Assembly: GCF_964355755.1 (NCBI RefSeq)
Contig: NC_092674.1
Span: forward strand, 15,872,001 to 15,936,000
DNA length: 64,000 nucleotides
From: Antedon mediterranea
Lineage: Eukaryota > Animalia > Echinodermata
Direction of reading: 5' to 3'
This document shows, piece by piece, positions 39,884 through 64,000 of this stretch. The translations under genes and the position numbers were made by a program. The number at the start of each line of letters is the position of its first letter. The first letter of the stretch is position 1. The notes beneath the pieces are model-generated. The model was not told the DNA's origin. It was given only the letters and a program-made list of their open reading frames with translations, and did not search any database.

Positions 39884-41610
39884 TTTTACAACCGTTAATG
39901 TAGAAAACGCCAGCTAATGTCGAAACAACCGTAGAACAATCCACCGCTTATGTAGTAAAACCTCCATGCCAGCTAATGTAGAAACACCAACAGCTTATGT
40001 AGTAAATAAAAATCAACACCAGCTAATGTAGAAACGGTCAACAGCTTATGTAGTAACGAAAATTGCCTCCCAGCTTATGTAGTTACTATCGCCAGCTAAT
40101 GTAGAAAATGTTATATATTTTACAAAAATGTCTCATTCATGTGCAAATGCATCGATCTTTACTTAGTTATCAGTCTTTCCACCTCCCGTAAGCAACTTTC
40201 TAAAACGACCACACATCGTAAGCAACCATCTCTGTTAAGGGACCGCTTCTCATAATCGACCACCTCTCTCTTAACGACCACACCTCTCGTAAATGACCAT
40301 CTCTTTTAAGGAACCACGACCTCTTTCTCTCTATTAAAGGACCGCTTCTCATAATCGTCAGTGACGACTCTTTTACAGGACCACTTCTCTTAACGACCCC
40401 ACTTCTCGTAAGTGACGACCTCTTTTAAAGGACCACCACCTCTATTATGGGACCGCTTCTCATAATCGACCATCTCCCATCACAACGACCTCTCGAATAT
40501 GACCACCTCTATTGTCTCTATTAAGGGACCGCTTCTCATCATTGACCACACGACCACATCAATCGTCAGTGACGACCTCTTTTAAAGGACCACTACCTCT
40601 ATTTAAAGATCGCTTCTCATAATCGTCAGTGACGACTCTTTTCCGTCACAACGACCTCTGGTAAGTGACCACCTATTATTGAACGTCCACCGTTTCTGTT
40701 AAGGGACCACTTATAATCGACCACCTCTCGTAAGTGATCACCTCCTCTCACAAGGAACCGCTTTTCATAACCGACAACCTCTCTACGACCATCTCTCTAC
40801 GACCACACCTCTTGTAAATGACCACCTCTTTTAAATGACCACCCTATTTGTGAGCTTAACTATAAATCCTATTGTTCCAGCAGGTACATATCTTTAGGCT
40901 ATGTTCAGACCCATGGCGTTAGACCGTTTAGATGGCTGGCTGATTTCTGCTTTAAACTGTCATTGATTAATTGTTTTATGATGAAAAGGGTACAAGGGGT
41001 TAAATACACTTTGTTCGTTAGGGAATTAATTGGTTCTAATATTCTACTATGAATATTTGAACTCTAGCCTATATTGGTCAAGGTGAAGTTTATAACAGTG
41101 TAGTCGATTATGAGAAGCAGTCCCTTAATAGAGGTGGTAGAGAGAAAGAGGTCATGGTCTCTTAAATAAGGTGGTAACTTACGAGAGGTGTGGTCGTTAA
41201 GAGAGGTGGTCACTTATGAGAGGTGGTCGATTATGAGAAGTGGTCCCTTAACAGAGATGGTTGCTTACGATGTGTGGTCGTTTTAGAAAGTTGGTTGCTC
41301 ACGAGAGGTGGAAAAACTGATAACTAAGTAAAGATCGATGCATTTGCACATGATTTGGACATTTTTGTAAAATTTATAACATTTTCTGCATTAGCTGGCG
41401 ATAGTAACTACATAAGCTGGGAGGCAATTTTCGTTACTACATAAGCTGTTGACCGTTTCTACATTAGCTGGTGTTGATTTTTATTTGCTACATAATAAGC
41501 TGTTGGTGTTTCTACATTAGCTGGAGGTTTTACTACATAAGCGGTGGGTTGTTCTACATTAACGGTTGTTTCGACATTAGCTGGCGTTTTCTACATTAAC
41601 GGTTGTAACA
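39884..41610. mobile_element. foldback / non-autonomous DNA transposon with long inverted arms and 5-bp TSD
   Basis: Termini TTTTACAACCGTTAATGTAGAAAACGCCAGC and GCTGGCGTTTTCTACATTAACGGTTGTAACA, with inverted arms of about 480 bp. GAGCA is duplicated at 39879-39883 and 41611-41615. The interior has GACCACCTCT sub-repeats. Confidence 0.85.
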
Positions 41611-42709
41611 GAGCACAACTCACACAGCATCCAGGGCCTATAATATGTATTATAAAGTTAAATCGATTCTTTTCTTCGCGAAGATAACAATAATTTCTAG
41701 TGTTCAGATCAGAGTGATCAAGTTTTTAGAGTGTCGTGTTTTTATATTATCAGCGGCGCAGATCCTGTGTGTGTGGAGAAAGGGGAGGGGGTCGTAGGAC
41801 ATGTCTTCCCCCCCCCCCCATTTTTTAGTGGCGGATTGTCCCTTTATTTTTCAACAGCAAAATTATTAAATTGTTGAAACGAAATAGAAAGTAAGACTTC
41901 TATGACACGCATGACGTATCGTATGTAATTTCCAAAAATACATTAAGAAAAATATATTTTGCGTGAATATAACCAGTGGCGCATCAGGACCAGTGACTAA
42001 AAAGTGCGTAACCCAAAATAATTGTATTCTTCCAGGCGGAATTTTTATGTGCTCAGAAATCGGTTGAAACGACCTATAAGTTACTCAAAGAGAGACCACC
42101 GCCAAATTAGTTTATGTTTTCTGAGCCAACTATTTGTCTAAATTGTACGTTAAGCATTATAAATAATTATGCTCATGCATTATTCATGACAAAATTACGA
42201 TGAAAATTACTATAGATGTATTTAAGGTTACAATTATACAGTAGGTCATTGTATTATTTCAAAATTGTACCAAATATTATACATTATAAATGCGTGAGGT
42301 GGCTTTAAGAAATGCCGAATTGCGCGAGACTTGGCATTACACCATTCATCACTACGGTACTAATATAGAGAGGCATTTACGTCTACACATATTTGACGAA
42401 GCGTCGTGTGTACCACGACAACCAGCGGGTAAACGAACATAAATTAAAAGTTGATTTAATTAACCGTATTTAAACTGCCCCCTGTGGTATCACTATAACA
42501 CCCATCATTAATCTAGTTCCGTTACCATCAATGTTCTTATTAAAGACATAGATTGAAAGATTAGGCCTAATCATGGAGGTATTTTATATATACCTCCACC
42601 ATGAATGTAGTCTTTACGGTACTCCATTGAGTAACAATACGCAGAGCATAGCATAAACCATTTACATGCACAAAAATATCAACTGTCTCGATTTCGGCGG
42701 GATTGTCCC

Positions 42710-42840
42710 TTTTTAGTCGCGTGCAATGCGACTCTACAGCTCGCTAAGTCGGCCGGTTGTCGGATGGTCTGTCGGTATAAAACACTAACTCAAATTTGAA
42801 CACGCGACTGCAGCCATGTATATGGGCTTGTTTTTTTTTT
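42710..42840 (+). mobile_element. short Helentron-associated (HINE/DINE-like) element
   Basis: TTTTAGTCGCGTGCAATGCGACTCT 5' stem, GTCGG-type simple repeat, inverted CACGCGACT and a 3' hairpin in a T-run. A 5' fragment recurs at about 62590-62630. Confidence 0.55.
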
Positions 42841-44124
42841 TAGTTAGATAACGCCTTGAATAATGCCCAATCAAATTACAAGATATGCCTAAGCTGACTG
42901 TTTTATAAACATAACTGAATGTAACCTTAAATAATCTCACTCGAATATTACACATGAATTATGTTGATTCGTAAGCGATACACAATAAATCGACGGGATA
43001 AGTTTTTTAATAGTAATTAAAATCTAAAACGCAAAGTTGGACCTTCAACAGGTGAGCAAATGGGAAAAACAACGTTAAACACCATAACTTGAAATTTTTT
43101 TTCATTCAGTATGTCGACATTTGTTTGGCTTGTTCTACAATCATTTTTTATTATAATAGATATATGTAAACATATTACACATTTTTAAAATATTTATATA
43201 ATTATTAGCAACAATCAGAATATTTTTATAGCTAATTGTTATATATTGCAATTATTTTCTATTAATGTTGATAATATAATTCATATTAGGCCTACTAAAT
43301 GAGGCTTGATTTTGAGATAATTAGGAGTTGTGAAGGTTATTAATTGATACACGATCATACATTTCTATTCCTTTGACATTAGTCTATCTCGAAAAGAAGC
43401 CCAATGGGCTTGATTTAGAGATGGGCTTCTTTTCAAGATTACTTTTGCAAACCACAGCTATTTGAATGCGAATGTCCAGTATAGGCTTACATGATATCAA
43501 TATTTATTTCAGTACCTATTACATACAAGTAACTCTGTATATAACTTCTACAATGGTATTCTGAATATAACAAAACATTTAAATAAATTTAACACACTAA
43601 CAAGTGAAAAAAAGCATATATAAAAGCATTGCTGTCGTGTGAACACATCCATATTACTTACAATGTGAACAAAATTTTACTTAATTGGATACCTTGTAAT
43701 AATACTTAACTTCTCCATAAAGACATAAGTGGTCAATAGTGGATACAACCTTTTCTTCTCAATAAATAAACAAACAACACATTTTGGAATTACTTATACA
43801 TAATCTCCGAATTAATCTGTTTGGTACTATGAGAGAATGAAACTGTAAATAACAGTAGATAGTGATATATTTTCATTATTTTCTAGTCAATTTTTATGTA
43901 TGAATGCAATCGTTGTGTGCTTTGACTGACACACTAGTGCCCTAATTGTAATTTTCTTGTAGAAAATCTACTTCAATAAAAGTGTCTAAAAACGCATACT
44001 GAAACCAGATTTAAGATTGAACAATAATGTTTTCATCTTGTTGAACACAAATGGTCTTTCATGCTACCTTAACTTGCCATCTTGTATATTCTACATAATT
44101 AGTTGGGGAGCCAGAAAGGGTTTA

Positions 44125-45320
44125 CCTACACACTATCTTCACATGGTTTTTGCTTCCTTGGTATGATACTCAATTTTTCACTGTTGGTCGGAACAAAATT
44201 GGTATGCTTGCTCAATACAGCAGTCAAAAAGGCAACATGGTCAAAATTAGGACCTTGTGTAACTTGGTAACTACTGGGTTGGAATAATCTTCTTCTATTC
44301 ACTATAATGGACATATTTTTTCAAAAATAACAGAAATCTCTATTCTGCCACTGGTCAAGAATATAGCCATATGAATTATCTCAACATTTTGGTATATGTT
44401 TATAATTGCAATAATACAATAAAAAATGCCAATAGAGCCTTTATTTTGACCTTTGACATTTTTGCATATAGCACATTTTCAAAAATCTTGTTGGCCAAAT
44501 ACGGTAGTGCTTGGTATCAAAATACCTGTATTTACACTAATGAAACATTTTTGACTAGAACCTCTATTTTGACCACTGGTTGTGAAAATGGCCATATACA
44601 TATATTAGCATCAACTGGTCAGAAAGTGAATGTATGTTTTAATACTTGAATGACGAAATGACGGCATTTTTACTTAACCTTTTATTATAATGATAAACAT
44701 CACAGTTAAAGCTCTCATCAAGGATATTATCAATACTAGTAAATATGATTACAATTTAAAGGAAACTCAAGTAAAATGATTATTCCAAGTAATTACTAAG
44801 GTACAAAGGTCCTAATTTTGACAATGTTGCCCTTTTGACTAGACTGTTGTACTGAACAAGCATTTTAATTTGGTTTCGGTCAAAACAATTGTGTATTGTA
44901 TATAGAGTATCACGGTGCTGACGTCACGACGGTAGGAGGCGCTGCGTGGTTGCTAGCGCAACAAAAAATGCGTTCAGCCTGCGTGAGTGACTCCAAGGTC
45001 AGCAATAGATGGGAATAGGCTTATTGAAGTAGTCATTTTAAAACTTAATAATTTTTAATAAAAACAAACTAAAATTTCAAAAGATTACTAAATATTTGTT
45101 TTTAATAATCTATTTATTCTTCAACTACAGTTTAAGTTTTAAAAAATCAAGCTAAGATACATAATTTGATAGAAATACAGATCTTTACTGTTTATCAACA
45201 TAGTAGCGTTGAACGCACTTTTTGGTTGGCTAGCAACCATGCAGCGCCCTCTATCGTTGTGACGTCACACCGTGATACTCTATAAGGAGCCAAAAACAAC
45301 CTATGTAAATATAGTTTGTT
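44125..45320. mobile_element. older inverted-repeat element hosting a nested MITE
   Basis: About 44140-44292 (AAGGCAACATGGTCAAAATTAGGACCTT..TTGGAATAATC) is a diverged reverse complement of about 44775-44900 plus 45285-45315. Confidence 0.6.
44901..45284. mobile_element. MITE family copy 1 (TATAGAG...CTCTATA termini, TIRs about 75 bp)
   Basis: TIRs contain GACGTCAC and GTGGTTGCTAGC. The interior is highly similar to 49608-49967. Confidence 0.85.
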
Positions 45321-45502
45321 ATAAGTACATATCCAATCTTAATCCATAGTTTAACTACCTAAATGAAATGTAACCTGATTTTTTTACAGGTTAATTTGGC
45401 TTTTTTTTATAATAGATATGGTTTGTTGTAAAAAAGTTAATACACAATAATTTGCTATATATTCATTTTATATTTTACAAATAAAAACATAAAATTGAGC
45501 TT

Positions 45503-62169
<16,667 letters not shown>

Positions 62170-62329
62170 CTTTTGTTTTTAAAAACCAGAAAGGAGGTTC
62201 ATCAGCTGCGATGAAGGAGCTAGATGGATGGTGGCAAAGATAGTGTACTACACTATCTTTGATGGTGGAGAGGAACAGGCTAGCACACTCACCGAACGAG
62301 GGCGTTTTTACGACAGCAATGCATAATAT

Positions 62330-63715
62330 TCATATTTTGCATATATCAGATCTTAAGATCTTATATAGAACATATTCATTCTGTCTTGCATTCGATACTT
62401 TTGGTTTCTGTATTTTTAACTGATGACCCTTTGTACTGAACACTCTACTTATCTTAAAAAATTTACTGACATCTACTTTTATTTATTTATTTGAGCATAT
62501 CGGCCCACCGTCTTCTGAAAGATAGTGTCGGAAGTTTTAAGTATTTGAGTCTCTGTATATAGCTGAACTTTTTCAAGGATATCTTCATCTTTTTTAGTCG
62601 CGTGCAACGCGACTCTACAGCTCACTATGTTAAACCATTGAGCTCTGGGTTTGTCTATTTTCTTTACTAATGGTACAAATTTGTCAACACGTTTTCCATA
62701 TATTTCCAAGCCGATTCACCTGTAACATTCTCTATTCTTCTGCCCAATTTGTGTTTTGGAGCCGCCTGATTATTGATTTGTAATCCGCCTTATAGTATCT
62801 TCTTGTATATATTTCTCTATCTTCTTGTTTGTTTTCAATCAGCAAATCAAAAATAATAGATAGGGCCTACATAATCACTTTTCCCGATCGGTTGTTGAAG
62901 TTCTAAATCTTGGATTAAGTCCTCTCCATTCGTAATCAAAATAAATCATTATACAATCCAAGAATTTTTCTACCTCACTATTGCCGAACCCTGTACTGGG
63001 TTTAGATTATCGCGAAAATATCGCGAAAATTAAAGTCACCAACAATAAGTGAATAGTCAAAATTTAGACTATGTATTTCCTATATTAAATTTCTTAAATT
63101 TAAATTGTTCAGCTCGTCACTTGATAGGCTACAGTACACACAACCATTAATTACACTTGTTTTGTAACCACACAGACTCTTCGTAAAGTATGATCAAAAT
63201 TTACAATCGACGCAGAATAAATATTCTTTACGTACATATGGTCACACCTCGCTTCTAAACCTCTGGAACAAATAATTGGTATCCTTCTAAAAGTAACTCG
63301 CAACTTTATATTTCCTCCGGTGACCTTTTAAGTAAAATTTCTGTTAACAAAACCAAATCAGGGTCTTGAAAAATAACTTTCGCTTGAAGTTCTTTTCTCT
63401 TATTCATTACGGAATTTCTTTTTCTTAATTTCTTTTTCTGATTAATACGTTTTTTCCCCTCAGAATTTGTGCCTTATACTTCTCTCTCTCAGTTTTGTTC
63501 GATCCTTGGATATTTGTACAGATTCTGGCTTTATATTTCTCAGTTTTTTAAAGACTTCATAACATGTACTGATTTGATCCATCACTACTTTCAACGGTTT
63601 GCATTTTTCTTAATCTCTTTTCCCAAGTCGGTACACTGCTTTAACTTCGTTTGCGTCGAAAGATCTCATTCAACTGATCTCTGTGTCGTCCTGTTTTCTT
63701 GTTTCAAAAATTAGA
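62330..63715 (-). mobile_element. decayed CR1-like LINE fragment (ORF1 end / endonuclease region)
   Basis: Minus-strand remnants SVMNKRKELQAKVIFQDPDLVLLTE, GDFNFRDI, EKFLDCI and KPRAQWFN; heavily disrupted. Confidence 0.6.
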
Positions 63716-63717
63716 TC

Positions 63718-64000
63718 ATGGTATCATAACTTTTGAATTTCCCCGACGGAGGGGCCGAAGTCCCCGACGGGGGCCGGAGACATGCACGCGGACCTAGTAT
63801 CAATTGGATATGGTTGTCTAGGGGGTCCCGGGACGGAGCCATGCCGCATCACAGAGGCCTTAGGTCAATGGGTGCAAATATAGGTCCCCGAAAAATGTAC
63901 TCTGAGGTGAGGTAAGGACATTTTGAAAAATAGAGCTGCTAGGTCCCCGCCCTGAAATTACACGTATACTTTGAAAAAGTCTGGCTATAATGGAAAGGAA
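63718..64000. mobile_element. end of a probable non-autonomous DNA element (GC-rich, runs off the window)
   Basis: Duplicated TCCCCGACGG..GGGGCCG motifs and CTAGGGGGTCCCGGG. The other end is not visible. Confidence 0.35.

Noticed and set aside
43387-43438. inverted repeat GAAAAGAAGCCCA...TGGGCTTCTTTTC as a terminator
   Set aside because: The context is eukaryotic; it is more likely the remnant of a small MITE.

Overview
AT-rich eukaryotic genomic DNA from an invertebrate animal. Spliceosomal introns, Deu/CORE-type SINEs and abundant TAGGCCTA motifs suggest an echinoderm or another invertebrate deuterostome (inference). Two intact multi-exon genes on the minus strand were assembled by hand, with GT-AG junctions in consistent phase. 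One is a 4-exon class C GPCR of the CaSR/V2R/mGluR type (20077-39566, 865 aa). The other is a 14-exon ATG16L1 (45503-62169, 560 aa). On the plus strand (about 13.4-17.6 kb) lies a decayed Roco (Roc-COR) GTPase whose Roc domain appears to carry a multi-transmembrane insert between switch I and switch II; it is split by a Tx1/L1 LINE. This is the most unusual element in the window. The remainder is decayed LINEs (CR1, Tx1, RTE, Rex/Babar), three kinds of SINE, MITE, Helitron and Kolobok-like elements, a 1.7 kb foldback element upstream of the GPCR, and tandem repeats. No prokaryotic systems, CRISPR arrays or rRNA are seen. All calls were made by eye, without database searches.
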